Part shown: piece after piece, positions 1 to 15,134 of the stretch
Layout of the letters: each line of letters starts with the position of its first letter
Position numbering within the stretch: the stretch's first letter is position 1
The notes under the pieces: generated by a model
Databases searched by the model: none
What the model was told of the DNA's origin: nothing
The model's input: the letters and a program-made list of their open reading frames with translations, nothing else
Assembly (NCBI GenBank): GCA_951406725.2
Contig: OX597835.1
Location: 17,732,001-17,796,000, forward strand
Length of the DNA: 64,000 nt
From: Octopus vulgaris
Lineage: Eukaryota
Reading direction: 5' to 3'
Position numbers and translations under genes: made by a program

Positions 1-189
1 ATATATATATATATATATACATGCACACACATATATGTGTATATATATATATATAAGTATATATGTATGCGTGTGTATGTATATATATGTATCTATATAT
101 GTGTGTATTCATATATATATATATGCATATATATGTATATGTATGTATATGTATATATATATATTTATGTATTTGTTTTTGTGTGTATC

Positions 190-239
<50 letters not shown>

Positions 240-384
240 AAAACATAGATATATATACATGCACACACATATAAGCACATGTGTGTTTGTGTGTGTGTGT
301 GTGTGTGTAGTTAGACACAGAAACGCGCACACACAGACGCAATATAACAGCTACAGACCCCAATTGCGGAACCTCAACGTGTTT

Positions 385-1430
385 TGCCAGAAATAGTACT
401 GGAATCCCTCTTCAAATCACACGGCAGAGGAAGGGCTTATTTCATAGTATAGTTCTAGATATATTAGGATTGAACAAAAAACAGCAATGTCATGGCTGGA
501 ACGACTGTGATCGTATATATGCTGGATGAAAGTCGGCCTGGGGTTAAACAACAACAGCAGAGACAGCAGCATACAACTACAACAGATAGAGAGATATGGT
601 CGCGCCACCTGCTAGTAATAGTAGTTAAATCTGCCTTAAATCACGTCTTAAATATGGGAAGTACACGCTGGATTAGCTTGTTTTAGATATAAGCATAAAA
701 ACGACAGGTGGGGTGGTTATGGTTGGAATACTTTTGATCATAGGTTCCCTCGATTGTAAGTCACCAGGGACTAAGCAACAGCGACAACAACAGCGATTTT
801 TGATGTCTCATTTGAGCGGTACAAAATTTATCGTACCAAGGTGGACAAAGACAGAAGCCTCATCATTACAGAACATAAGATAGCCTTATATGATCGATTG
901 CAGTTAAACTGGTTCCTTGGGGGTTGACCTGGGCCTAAAATACCACCACCACCACCACCACCATCATCATGATCATCATCACTGTCATCATCAACTACAT
1001 CGACTAATGAGAACAGTCATTTGTGGGTGGGATTCGAACACGGGAAAGACAGGTGAAAGGAATATAAGGTAGATAGTCTCGTTGGTTGCTGCGGTGTTTC
1101 AGTCATCTCGAGCATTTCGTTCAATTATCGATAATAGCAAAATCATTAAGAATAATCATCAGCAAGAGATAATCTATCAATCACTACAGAAACATGACAA
1201 CTCACAAAAAAAAAAAAAAAATACAACCTCTACGTGGTTTCCTGATTTGCAAAAAATAGCAGTCTAAACTCTGCCGAATCAAACATTGCTATCTTAAATG
1301 AAGAAGACCACATGAATTTATCGTCCTGAGGCCATTAACATAGAAAAACATAAGGAAACATGGTAGAATATCCAGTGGAAATGGTTTTGGGTTCTGTTCA
1401 AGAAATCCAAATATGAGGCTAAATTACAAC
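385..1430 (+). repeat. Cluster of old interspersed-repeat copies ending in (CAA)n-like tails; further copies at ~3875-4075, 6125-6330 and 12925-13125
   Basis: Recurrent degenerate series AAATAG..G..AAATC..CC.TCAAATCAC..GGTCA.GG.TGGAA..TGATC..CC.GGG..TAAACAACAAC. Confidence 0.55.
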
Positions 1431-1899
1431 TACTGTATCTACCAATATCGGTTTAAAATGTTGGTATAAGGTCAGTAAGTTTGTGGTAGGGAGAATCGAT
1501 TACATCCAGACCAATGCTCAACTGGTACTTATATTGACGTCCTTGAAAGGATTAAATGAAAAGTCGACAATTACGGAATTTGAACTTATAAAGAAATGCC
1601 CCGCGTGCTAACGATACTGCCAGCACACCACCTTACTTTAGCACGGAAATATTAATTTCAAATTTGGGTACAAGGCTTGCAATTTCAGGGGATGGGGTAA
1701 GTCGGTTACATCGACTATTGACCCGGAAGGATGAAATGCAAATTCGTCCTCCACGGGATTTGAACTCAGAAGAACGTAAATACGAACGAAACACCGTTAA
1801 GCATTTTAATCGGCGTGCTGCTAACGATTCTGCCAGCTCGCCGACTTACTTAAGCTACGAATGTTGATTGAAGACTAAACCTTTCCTCTGTTATTTTTA

Positions 1900-2280
1900 G
1901 TGGGATTTTGTTCACGAGAAATTTTATGAAATCGGTGTTTACTACCTGCGACATCAGCAAAACTTCAGCTCATGTTTGGCTCGCCTATCTCTCGGCAAAA
2001 CAAACCGTCTGCAAGCCCTATTTATCTTACGACTTTGAATCTGATGGCTTCCTCCCAGGAAGCACCATCGTGGCGTATCCTTGTAGAGATGCGTCTCAAT
2101 ACCCTCCGCTCCATTAACTCTCATTTGACCCAGCGCTCAGATTTGTCCCTCTTGTAGCTTTGTCCCATTCACACTCCAAGACCTACGGCTTTCACCTCCA
2201 ACAACGCCCACACCATCTACATGTCAAGCAGACATCTCGTCCATAAATCTGCACCAATTCCATAGAGAATGATCTCAAAA
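1900..2280 (+). pseudogene. Highly decayed CR1/Jockey-like RT fragment
   Basis: CDISKTSAHVWLAYLSAK resembles LDISKAFDRVWH..LL.K; SINSHLTQRSDLS resembles SINSGVPQGSVLS. Confidence 0.6.
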
Positions 2281-2339
2281 TAATGTTTTAGGGTTCGTGG
2301 TTCCTTCAGTAGTACAAAGACAATCCTTGCAGAGAGGTC

Positions 2340-2521
2340 TTTTACTTTTTTACGTGTTTCAGTCATTTTACTGTGGCCATGCTAGAGCACCGCCTTTAAT
2401 CGAGGACATCGACCCCAGGACTTATTCTATCGGTCTCTTTTGCCAAACCACTAAGTTACGGGGACGTAAACACACCAGAATCGGTTGTCAAGAGATATTG
2501 GGGGACAAACACAGACACACA

Positions 2522-2567
<46 letters not shown>

Positions 2568-3050
2568 AATAATACATATATATATAAATACGTCTACCAA
2601 ATCCACTCACAAGGCTTTGGTCGACCCGAGGCTATAGTAGAAGGCACTTGCACAAGGTGCCACGCAGGAACTATGTGGTTGGTTAGCAAGCTACTTACCA
2701 CACAGCCACTCCTACGCCTATAGCTGCAGATATAAAGGTAATGTTAAGCTTACCCTACCAATGTAAAACATGAACAGCATGCAACTAGAGCCTTTGCGGG
2801 TCGCTTTAAATAGTAGGCGCACCATTACTGGTGAACTCTTTCCCGACGAATGCCCATCGTCGATATAACAAACTTTGCTGCTCCGAGGAAGGTGTTCTCA
2901 AGAATCGCAAAATAGTTCAGCTATCAACGAATACAAAGTACTTATTCTATCGGTCTCTTTTGCCAAACCACTAAGTTACGGGGACGTAAACACACCAGAA
3001 TCGGTTGTCAAGAGATATTAGGGGACAAACACAGACACACGCAAACGCAA

Positions 3051-3087
<37 letters not shown>

Positions 3088-3237
3088 ATACATATATACA
3101 TACGTCTACCAAATCCACTCACAAGTCTTTGGTCGACCCGAGGCTATAGTAGAAGACGCTGGCACAAGGGGCCACGCAGGAACTATGTGGTTGGTAAGCA
3201 AGCTACTTACCACACAGCCACTCCTACGCCTATAGCT
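2340..3237 (-). mobile_element. Two family B SINE copies (2340-2720 and 2938-3232) related by local duplication
   Basis: Both share the same private deletions and the flanking TATAGCTG. Confidence 0.8.
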
Positions 3238-3287
3238 GAGATCACAATGAAGCGTAACTCCCAAATCTAAGACGCTGGTGTTGCCAT

Positions 3288-3365
<78 letters not shown>

Positions 3366-3379
3366 ACACGCGCACACAC

Positions 3380-3700
3380 AAAGCCATCCTAGGCCGCATT
3401 CGAAGGGGAAGCCACTTGACTGATTTTACAACGAGTCACTCATAAACACATCCCATCGTCTGATTCAAATAGATTCTATATCCTCTCCTTGGATGTTCTA
3501 CCGCTACTGCAATGGCCTCTGTTCCTTGGAACTGGTTACGTCACGTGCCAACCTCACTCCGAAGGAATTCTCTATTAACTTTACTCTCCTTTACCCCTAC
3601 TGTTTTGTGTCCACGTACCCCCTCCAATGGACAACTATTTGCTGCTCTTCGTCGTCAGAACGTCGCTTCCCTTAAACTTCTCTCGTCTACATATTAATCC
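3380..3700 (+). pseudogene. Decayed C-terminal part of probably the same LINE
   Basis: FYRYCNGLCSLEL resembles the FYRYxxGxCSxEL motif of such LINE ORF2 C-termini. Confidence 0.5.
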
Positions 3701-4419
3701 GGCAGCTGTTAACTTGCTTAGATAACAATATTAACAGAACAATACGATTAATCAGAGAGCACTTCAGAATGCCATGACCATATCCGTTTACAAAGTCTAG
3801 AAGAAAAATAAAACCGAACAAACTATATTGTGGGTACTATATATCAAAGAGCGACTCTCTGCGTAGTGTCTTAACTGCAAGAAATGGCAGCCTATTCTTC
3901 CTCAAAACACACCTAACTGTCTAAAAAGAAGACGTGAAGAACAGTGTGCAATAGTATATACTATATCGGATTAAAAAAATGGGATAGATATTGCTGGCAA
4001 ATAGATCTTTGATCATTGACCTGTTGACTGAGGACTAACATGGGAGTAAACAACAAACACAACAACAACAACAACGATATTAGTAACCGCTGCCATAACA
4101 CACCGATCACACGAAATGCAGCCAAAAAACTACATCCCTTTGAAGAATACACTTGTGGTCAATTTCAATGAGTATTTCGAGTCAGTGATTGTACAAGAAT
4201 CATTGAACTCGCTGTTTCGAACTTAATTCCAGGAGTTGAGTGCAAATTTGTGTTTATATATTGCGGGGCTAAAATAGAACAGTAAGTAGAATAGCACGAC
4301 CATACAGGGATAGAGGGAATTCAAGAAGGGCTAGTAAAGTCAAGTCATCTCTGGACTAGACGATGGTTTAAATCAGTAGAGATTTTTTTTTAGAGACTAA
4401 CTTGGGAAAGATAATTGTG

Positions 4420-4635
4420 TACATAAACCGGGGTAGGTCTTAGTATCTGAACATCGCTTCGGGTATATAATATAAAGTGTACGTAATGTATTTCGACGCT
4501 TGCTATGTTCCTTCCATTTCTGCAGTGTCTTTTACTTGGCGGTTGTACTTAGGGGCTGATATGAAGGTGGTGGGGTGATGGTTTTGATGATGGTATTGAG
4601 GGGTGATGGTTTCGGTTTTGGTGGTGCTGGTGCTG

Positions 4636-4666
<31 letters not shown>

Positions 4667-4674
4667 CAGTAGTG

Positions 4675-4705
<31 letters not shown>

Positions 4706-5130
4706 CAGTTATTGACCTGTGCACCAAGAGTAGAAGAAAAAAAGTAAACTGGACCTTTTTATCTCTATATTGACTTCGGGTATGTTATATAAACTGTAAT
4801 GTAATCTTAGATATTTTTAATCTGGGTTGATAAGACGAATAGACCGGGCCTTATCATCTGTATATTGACAGCGAGTTTGCAAAATAAACTGTTGATTGGG
4901 TACTCTTTGATATTTTAGTCCTGGGTAGACAAGGCCAATAGGGTGGACCTTACCAACAATACATTGTCGTCGGATGTGTTATATAAGCTGTAGATAATGT
5001 AATTTTAGATATTTTAGGTCTGTGCAGTGAAAGGCCAATAGGGTGGGCCTTACCAGCAGTGCACTGCCTTCGGGTGTTATATAAACTGTAGATTGTGTAA
5101 CCTTCGATATTTTAAGCCTGAATAAATAAA
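4420..5130. repeat. Diverged ~99-bp minisatellite, about 5 units, interrupted at 4496-4729
   Basis: GATATTTT recurs at ~4810, 4909, 5008 and 5107, with GG.CCTTA..TTCGGGT..TATATAAACTGT in register. Confidence 0.7.
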
Positions 5131-5882
5131 GACACTGGTGTGGTGGGACCAGCAAGTAATACTTCTCATAAAAACGCGAAACCCAATCGAAATACCCTGA
5201 TGTAACCTCATCTACGGTAAAGCAATAACAGCACGACTGCGCTGGCTGATGGACTTCATTTTCAACACTTACAAATGGGTGTCGAGTTCAAATCTCTCAG
5301 TATCCTAACGTTGAATTTTTTTTTATTTAACATTTTGAATTCTCTTTTCATCTTCTGTTTGGTTAACATTATCAATCTACCAGCATTATACAGGGATATT
5401 ATTCAATCGATTTTAATCACCATTATTTATGGAGATAAACCAATGGCTTTTTTTTTTTTTTACTTTGCAGGAAAGGAAGTTTGTGCTTGTAAACCGTCTT
5501 TTTGTTTCTCAGTCATTCATCTTGTTCTTGTTCTTCTTCTTCTTCTTCAACATTCTTCCAATCCTTCTGGACATCAATACTCCCCGACACCCTACTCTAA
5601 GTTTCAAATGTCTGTGTGTTTGATCGTCACCTATCGCCAACCAAGCAAGCAAGCAAATATGAAGACGACGATAAAACAAAGAAGAAGAAGATGAAGAAGA
5701 AGAAGAAGAACAACAACAACAACAAGAACAACAACAACAACAACAAAACACGCTAGCTATGTTCCTTCCATGTCTGCAGTGTCTTTTAGTTGGCGGTTGT
5801 ACTTAGGTGCTGATATGAAGGTGGTGGGGGATGGTTTTGATGGTGGTATTGAGGGGTGATGGTTTCGGTTTTGGTGGTGCTG

Positions 5883-5916
<34 letters not shown>

Positions 5917-7995
5917 CAGCAGTAGTAGTAGTAGTAGTAGCAGTAATAGTAGTACTAGTAGTAGTAGTAGTAGTAGTTGTAGTAGTGGTAGTAGTAGCAG
6001 TTATTGACCTGTGCACCAAGACCAAACGCAACGGCGACAACGACAACAACAGCAACAACAACAATAGAAAGCAGAGCAACAGCAATAGCAACAACAGTAA
6101 CACCAAACCGGAAAGAAGTGTGGTCTGCTAGAAATAGCAGCTAGATTACTTTTAATTATACGCTACCCTCTTAAGGAACGAATGAAGGAAGGAAGGAACA
6201 GATTGGTGAATGTAAATCCTACACGACTAAGGTCAGGACGAAGGAATGGTCACGGTTGGGTTGACTTTCATGAATCCATCCATCAGCTGATTTGGGGGTG
6301 GGGGGCCGAGCTGGACCTCAGCAACAGCAAAATGCGGGAACGATGAACGTAGCGATGACAACCATGAAGCTTCAGAAGTCTAAGAGGACGAGATTTATTA
6401 AGGACAAGGGTTAGAGAAAAAAAGGGGAGTTGGAGAGGAGGATGGGCGGGGGTCTGGTTTGAGAAGGTCAAAAGTAACAAAGAATTCGGGTACAACAATA
6501 ACAACAACGACGACGGCGATGATGATGATGATGATGACGACGACGATGACGGCGGCGTCGGCGGCAGTAATAGAGAAAAGTGATGTGAAGGATAAAGCAG
6601 GAGTCACAAAACGAATGATGCAAAGAAGAGGGAAGAAGAGGGAGAAGGAGGAGGAGAAGAAGACGAAGGAGAAGAAGAAGAAGAGGAAAGAAGAAGAAGA
6701 AGAAGAAGAAGAAGAAGAGGAAAGAAGAAGAAAAAGGACCAGAAGAAGAAGAAGAAGAGGGAGAAGAAGAAGAAGAAAGAAAAAGAAGGAGAAAGAGAAG
6801 AAAAAAGAAGAAGGAGAAGAAAGAAGTGGAAGAAGAACTAGGACAGGGAAGAAGAAGAAGAAGAAGGAGAAAAAGAAGAAGAAAGAAAAAGGAGAAGAAG
6901 AAGAAGAAGAAGAAAGAAGAAGAAGAAGAATGGGAGCTGAATCGAAGTGGGGTGGGTGGGTGGGTGAAAAAAACAATAAAGTTATACAACAAGAAGGACA
7001 TCAACAAGCACCACCCGTGGTAGATGAGAAAATGACCAACGTGTTGGACATTGTGCCATGATGGAGATGGTGGTGGCGGTGGTAGTGGTGGCGGCGGCGA
7101 AGGAGGTGGAGGTGGTGCTGGAGGTGTTGGTGATGTTGGAAATAAATGGTAGTGGTTACAGTGTCGGTGTTGGTGTGGAGGTGTATATAGTAGTTACGTG
7201 GTGGTGGTCAGTTGGAATGGACAATCGAGCGACGGTGGTCTTGTAAAGGGGAGGGTGGGTGGGTGGGGTAGTGCGAGTGTACATATAAAATTTAAATTGT
7301 TTACGGGTACTTGCAAAGAGGGGGGGTCGGTGTATATATATATATATATAATAAACAGGCTTTGAAGTACACGGGGTGGGGGAATGTGACGGCGGGGGTA
7401 GCGGGTGATGGTTCGAATGTTGGTGCTGGTGTTACACTGTAACAAACGAGACATGTGGTGTTGGTGGTAGTGGTGGTGGTGGTGGAGGAGGAAGTGTTGG
7501 ATGTGTATGTACATGGAAAAAAAATTAAAATCTTCTTACCTTTATTGTAGTATATATATATATGTATGTATACTAGTAAGTGTATATATATATATACATG
7601 TGGGTACGTATAAAACCAACCAGCTCCTTGCAATAGATGTCAACATAGGCCAGAATAAGTTCCTTTTTTTTAATTAAAAGCTCACAGAAAAATGGTTAAA
7701 TCCTTTCCGAATGAGAACGTAGGAAAAAATCTTCATCCAGCAAAAAAGGAACACGATTATTATTATTATTTTTATTATTATTATTATTACTATTATTGAT
7801 AATTATTATAATATTTTTTTTTTTATTATTAATATTTATTAATTAATTAATTAATTAATTATTTTTTTATCATCGTGTTTGTGATGGCTGTGACAAAGGT
7901 TGATTTCTTCCTTGTTTTTTTTTTTATTTTTATTTTTAAAATTTTATTTTTTTATTTACCTTTTCAATAATCATTGATATATGATGATAAAACAG

Positions 7996-8028
<33 letters not shown>

Positions 8029-9103
8029 GGTATCGTGGTTGTTATAATACTCGGTAATGTTATATTCCATCATTTTGGCGGGTCACTGTACGTCGCATCT
8101 CCCGTAGTATATGCCATCATCATCATCGTCGTCGTTGTCATCATCATCATCATTATCATCATTGTATTCATCATGATCATCATCATCATCATCGTCATAT
8201 TCCTCATCAAGAATGTTACCATCGCCAGTATTAATTGCAATACATTTATCATTTTCCCTCTCTCATTTTTTTGTTTTTTTTTTTGCTTTTGTGTGTGTTT
8301 TTTTTTTGCCTCGTATTCAGCCCCTTTTTTTTTTTTTTCCTTTGCGGGATTTTCCAGTTGTTTTAATTTTCGTTTCTTCTTTTTAATTATATATATTCTC
8401 CTTTCGTTTGTTTGTGTATATAAAGGTATGCATACCAAGGAGTATGCGTTTGTGTGTGCTCTGGCTGGGTGTGGCTGTAGCTGAGAGTGCGTGAGTATGG
8501 GTATGTGTGATTATTTATATATATACATGTGAATTTTTACATGATGTATGCGCTTGTATATATATGCATATATATATGTGTGTGTGTGTATACGTGTACT
8601 GATGTGTGTATGTATGTATATATATATATCTATATAATATATATATATATATATATATCTATATATATGTGTGTCTGTTTGTGTTTGTGTATGTATGTAT
8701 GTATATATGTGTCTATATATGTGTCTATATATGTATGCGAGAACGTATGTCTATGTATGAATGAATTTGTATGTATGCACACGTGTGTGTGTGAGTGTGT
8801 GTATGTGTATTTGTGAACAAGTATATATGTATTTATGGATGTATACAGCTATTTATGCATGTGTGTTTGTATTTATAGGTTAGCCATCTTGATATAGTTG
8901 TTGTTGTTGTTGTTGCTGTTCACGGCATGCTTTCCGTTGTTACACGATACCGGACACAAACTGATCAGAGCTGATCAAAGCAGAAGTAACTAGATATGTA
9001 TAAATAAACTTATATATATATGTAGATATATGTATATATCATACTATATATACATACATATCTATATTACCCATACATGTTTGTAGATATATATATATGT
9101 TTG

Positions 9104-9140
<37 letters not shown>

Positions 9141-9504
9141 TGTGTGAAAGTGAGAGTGAGTGAGTGAGAGAAAGAGAGAGGAAAAACTGACGGATAGACA
9201 GAGAGAGGAAAAAAAAGCGGCAATTCGGCGGATGGCAGGTTCGAGTTGCACACACAAACAAATTAAATATCAGCTGCTGCACCACACGATTATTCAGGAG
9301 GCAAAGTAAATACAAGGTTGTGAAAACGTGGTTAAGCTCGGATATATGGTAGCGCTGCTGCTGCTGTGTTTGCGGCTGCTGCTGCTGCTGTTGCTGCTGA
9401 TGCTGCGCCTGTTACTGCTGCTGAAGGTAGTGGTGTTGGTGCAGCTGATTCAGGCTGCTGCTGCTCTTGCCGCTGCTGTAGACTCCCTACCTCCCTCCCA
9501 CCCT

Positions 9505-9955
9505 CTCTCTCACTCTATCTCTTTCACTCTGTCTCCCTCTCTCTTTCTGTTTCTCTTTCACTCTGTCTTCCTCTCTCTCTCTCTTTCACTCTGTCTTCCT
9601 CTCTCTTTCTCTTTCACTCTGTCTCCCTCTCACTTTCTCTTCTCTTTCACTCTGTCTTCCTCCCTCTCTCTCTTTCACTCTGTCTTCCTCTCTCTTTCTC
9701 TTTCACTCTGTCTTCCTCTCTCTTTCTCTTTCACTCTGTCTTCCTCTCTCTTTCTCTTTCACTCTGTCTCCCTCTCTCTTTCTCTTTTCACTCTGTCTTC
9801 CTCTCTCTTTCTCTTTCACTCTGTCTTCCTCTCTCTTTCTCTTTCACTCTGTCTTCCTCTCTCTTTCTCTTTCACTCTGTCTCCCTCTCTCTTTCTCTTT
9901 TACTCTGTCTTCCTCTCTCTTTCTCTCTGTCTCCCTCTCTCTCTCTTTTTCTCTC
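9505..9955. repeat. CT-rich ~28-bp minisatellite
   Basis: CTCTTTCACTCTGTCTTCCTCTCTCTTT repeated about 15 times. Confidence 0.9.
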
Positions 9956-10094
9956 TCACCTACACTTTTTACACTCTCGACACTACCGCCGCCATCTTCA
10001 GCATTTTTATACATCAGTCACATCTCCGCTGCTCCCACCACCTTCACTTTCTGATGTTCCGCTCGCTCCGGCTTCTTTCTGTCTCCAGTCTTTA

Positions 10095-10125
<31 letters not shown>

Positions 10126-11124
10126 CTATCGTATTCTTCTTTCTTTCGTTTTTCATCCATTCATTCATCCTTCCTTCTTTATTTCATTCTTTCTTTCTTT
10201 CTTACTTTCTCTTATCTTATTCCTGTCTTTCGCTTTTTCTTTATCTATCTATCAATATATCTATCTTTCTATCTATCTTTCTATCTATCTATCTATCTAT
10301 CCATCTCTCCATCTCTCCATCTACCTACCTATCTATCTATCCATCTATCCATCCATCTAACTATACCTACCTGCCTACCTATCGTTTCCGTCCTTCCTTC
10401 TTTCTTTCCTTCCTTCCTTCTTTCCTTTCTTCCTTCTTTCCTTCCTTCCTTCCTTCTCTTGCCCATAGTGCTGATGTCGCTGCTGCTTTCGCAGCTATTA
10501 GTACTTACACATCGCACCTTTCCCTCTTTCACCTTTCTCTCATTATTCTTTTCTTCTTCCAATTCATCTTCTTGTTGTTCTTCTAGTTCCTATTCTTCTT
10601 CACATTGTACTACTACTACTACTACTACTACTACTACAACTACTAGTGTGTGCATGAGCATGACAGAGTAGAGAGAGGAAGAGAGAGAGGGAGAGAGGGA
10701 GAGAGGGAGAGAGGGAGAGAGAAAGAGAGACGAAGGGTGTTATAGACCAAAAACGGTAGAGAAAACTGGTCAAAACGTAAGGAGAGAGAGAGAGAGAGAA
10801 AGTGAGAGAGTGAGAGAAAGTGAGAGAGAAAGTGTGTGTGTGAGAGAGAGAGAGAAAGAGATGGAGAGATATACGGTGGCACACAGACAGACAGACAGGT
10901 AGATAGATAGATAGATGGAAAAATCGATGGGCAAATAGATAGATATACAGACAAACTGATCTATAGACAGACAGACCGACAAGTGTATCCTCTCTTTCTC
11001 TCTGTCTGTCTGTGTATATATATATATATACATATATATATATACATACATATATACATACATACATATACATACACATATACATACATATATACATACA
11101 TATACATACATAAACATACATACA

Positions 11125-11277
11125 TACATATACATACAAACATACATACATATACATACAAACATACATACATATACATACAAACATACATACATATACA
11201 TACAAACATACATATACATACAAACATACATATACATACAAACATACATATACATACAAACATACATATACATACAA

Positions 11278-11285
<8 letters not shown>
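11125..11285. repeat. 18-bp tandem repeat derived from (TACA)n
   Basis: TACATATACATACAAACA in near-perfect tandem. Confidence 0.85.
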
Positions 11286-11330
<45 letters not shown>

Positions 11331-11718
11331 TAGGTAGGTAGATAGATAGATAAACAGAAATTGATGCATGCAAAGTGTCTTTACACTTGCATTTATTACA
11401 CACATACACACACACATATATATATGTGTGTGTATATATATATGTATATATATATATATGTATATATTTATATATATATGTGTTTAAATATATATATATA
11501 TATATATACATACATATATGAACTCATACAAGCATACACACATAAGTATATGTATATATAAATATATAGCTAATTATGTATTATTACACATGCACACGCA
11601 CACACGCACATATAGATATATGTATATGTATATGCATGTATACATACATTACATAAACACATACATGAATATATGTATAGGTGTATAAATACACAAACAC
11701 AGGTACACACACACACGT

Positions 11719-11763
<45 letters not shown>

Positions 11764-12027
11764 TATATATATATATAACTGCATGCGTGTGTGTTTGTAT
11801 ATAAAATTTTGTTTCTGTGTGTAAGTGTATGTATGCGTATATGTGTGTGAATGAGACTTTATATAGTATATATCTACACATGTACATACCTATAAACATA
11901 TAGACACTCGTAGATAGAGCGACAGATATTTGCTGTGTGAGGTTTTTAAAACGAAATGAATGGAAGGCGTGAGGACGTATCTATCACTACATACATACAT
12001 GCAAACACACAGACACACAGACACACA

Positions 12028-12072
<45 letters not shown>

Positions 12073-12742
12073 ATACTTTTGTTTATGTGTATCCCTGTAT
12101 GGATTTCTGTACGTATGCATGTATGTAAGTACGTATCTCTCAGCATCTCTCTGTGTCTCTCTTTCTCTCCCTCTCTCTCTCTCTCTGTCTGTCTCTCTCT
12201 CTCTCTCTGTCTCTCTCTACACACACGCACACACACACACACACACACACACGTTCTAATCATGCATCCACATATTTATAGTGACAAATTAGTAGCAGTA
12301 CTAATAGTAGTAGTAGCAGTAGTGATAGTGGTGATCATAATACTAGTAGTTGTAGTAGTAGTAGTAGTAGTATCAGTATTCGTGTTATAGATTTACTACT
12401 ACTACTACTACTACTACTACTATACCACCTTTGTCACCAACACTTCTCATGTAGTTACTAGTGCTGCTCCTACTACTAATAATACTATCGCTACTACCAC
12501 TACTATTACCACTACCACTACCACTACTACTACTACTACCAGAACTACAGCTACTACTACGACCACTACGACCACTACCACCACCACTACAACTACTATT
12601 AATTACTACTGCCAGAACTACTAGTGCTAGCTCATTCATTGGTACTACAACCATCGCTGCCACTGCTACCTCTACTACTAATACTACTTCTGCTGCTCCT
12701 GCCGATACTACTAGCACTACCACCACTGCTGCTGCTGCCGCC

Positions 12743-12807
<65 letters not shown>

Positions 12808-12832
12808 ACTACTACTACTACTACTGCTGCTG

Positions 12833-12886
<54 letters not shown>

Positions 12887-13122
12887 GTACTGCTGCTGCT
12901 GCTAGTGATGTATTCTTACATGGTCGACGAGGTCTGCAAGAAAATGCAGTTAAAACCCTTCCCTTTAAATCCGGTCCTCCGTCGTAGGAACGACGAAACA
13001 ACAAATGGCACATTGGATAATGTAATCCAACATACATTGCGACAGGACAGTCGTCGTTCGGTCACCCTTGATTATAGGGCTGCTTGTGCCGACCTAGGAT
13101 TGCCTAGTGTTAAAAAGAACAG

Positions 13123-13156
<34 letters not shown>

Positions 13157-13157
13157 A

Positions 13158-13194
<37 letters not shown>

Positions 13195-13292
13195 TTGCTA
13201 GTAATTCTGGCCTTACTGCATCTGTGTATGTTTGTGTAATTTATGAGTTTGTGTGTGGAGAGAGAGTGTGTCTGAGAGATAGATACATAGAT

Positions 13293-13338
<46 letters not shown>

Positions 13339-13469
13339 AAATAACTGAAGAGAAAATAAGAGAGCAGAAATAGAAAGGAGAGAGAGTGTGTGTGTTTGAG
13401 AGACGGAGAGAGTGGAAGAGGGAAAGCTTAGGGAAGGAAGTATAAAGAGATAAATAGGGAGGGGGGTAA

Positions 13470-13945
<476 letters not shown>

Positions 13946-15134
13946 ATGAATATATAGAGAGTTAAATATAGATAGATGAACTGTTAGATATAGAGAGGTA
14001 TAGATAAATGCATAGATAGAAAAATCGATCGATAGGTAGATAACATACACAGAAGGTAAGGGAGAGAGAATGAAGGAGAGTCAAAGCGTGAGATTGAGAG
14101 AGAGAGAGAGGGGGGTAAACTGATTGAAGTGCTTCTAAGTTAGTGTTAAAAGGAAGAGTGAAAAATGTATCATAGTGCGAGAAAAGGGACACGTGGCCGT
14201 CTGCATAATGTTGGTGAATTCCATATTAACAACTGTAGGTTCGAACCTGTTGCTGGCGTAGTGTCATTGCATTTAAAGCAAGACAATGTCATTGTGGGTT
14301 ACTGCAGTTCGTCAAGCGGTCATTGTTGCCGTTTACTTACGTTGTTTTTTACTTAGAAGTCAGCCCTGGTCGAAGGAATCTTGGATCAAACGTTTACCAA
14401 TAGTGACCATCACGTCTTTAGTATCCAAACGTTACAAGGCGGGCGATCTGGCTGAATCGTTAGCAGACGGGACAAAATGCTTCGCTGCATTTCATCCGAA
14501 CCAAGTTCAAATACCATCCAGGTTGACTTTGCCTTTTATCATTTTCGGGTCGTTAAAATAAGTACCGCTTGAGCTCTGAGGTCGATGAAATCGAGTAGCG
14601 CCGCTTAGCCCAAATTCCAGGCCTTGTGCCCATAGGAGAAAGGGTAAGCCAAACATACCATTTCTTTTTATAGATAGATTTCGCTGCTATTACTGGCAAC
14701 TCGAGCGAGTGTCGTGTAAAAATAACGTGTTGCGACTTCAACAACAAAGTTGCTACTGTTTTATCCAAAGTCAACTCCGTACAGACCGACAGATCGAAGA
14801 CACTCTAGCCATGACCATCTATGTATACTAGGACCGAAGACCGCATTATGCGCCTCTTCCATATTTTCTCCATGTATACTAGGACCGAAGACCACATTTT
14901 CAGCCATACAGTATAACTTTAAGAGGATTTTCTTCCGACGACAATCATGTTGAAAGACTTCATGAAACAATTTGCTATATAACCTCAGGTTAGTCATAAT
15001 TAAGCAGAGATAGGCTCAAAGACAACCCAGCCTCGACCATTCTGTCGATGACCCAGTCTCAACCATCCTGTCAATTATTTTATCAGACACCAGGTATTAT
15101 GTATCACCGTACACATTATTCCTTCTGTTTTAAA

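Noticed and set aside
6127-6139. GCTAGAAATAGCA, identical to part of the SpCas9 sgRNA scaffold (also 37711-37723)
   Set aside because: 13-bp coincidence within a common old repeat; the flanks do not match the scaffold and no cas genes are present.
6398-7061. ~200-aa Lys/Glu/Arg-rich and Phe/Ser-rich ORFs
   Set aside because: (GAA)n and (GAT)n simple repeats.
9328-10671. 447-aa and overlapping 406-aa ORFs
   Set aside because: Translations of CTG, CT-minisatellite and TCTA repeats that lack stop codons; no domain signal.
10600-13373. YI/CV/poly-L/poly-T ORFs, and similar ones throughout the window
   Set aside because: Microsatellite artefacts.
14821-14898. 27-bp direct repeat at 51-bp spacing
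   Set aside because: Only two units; an ordinary tandem duplication.
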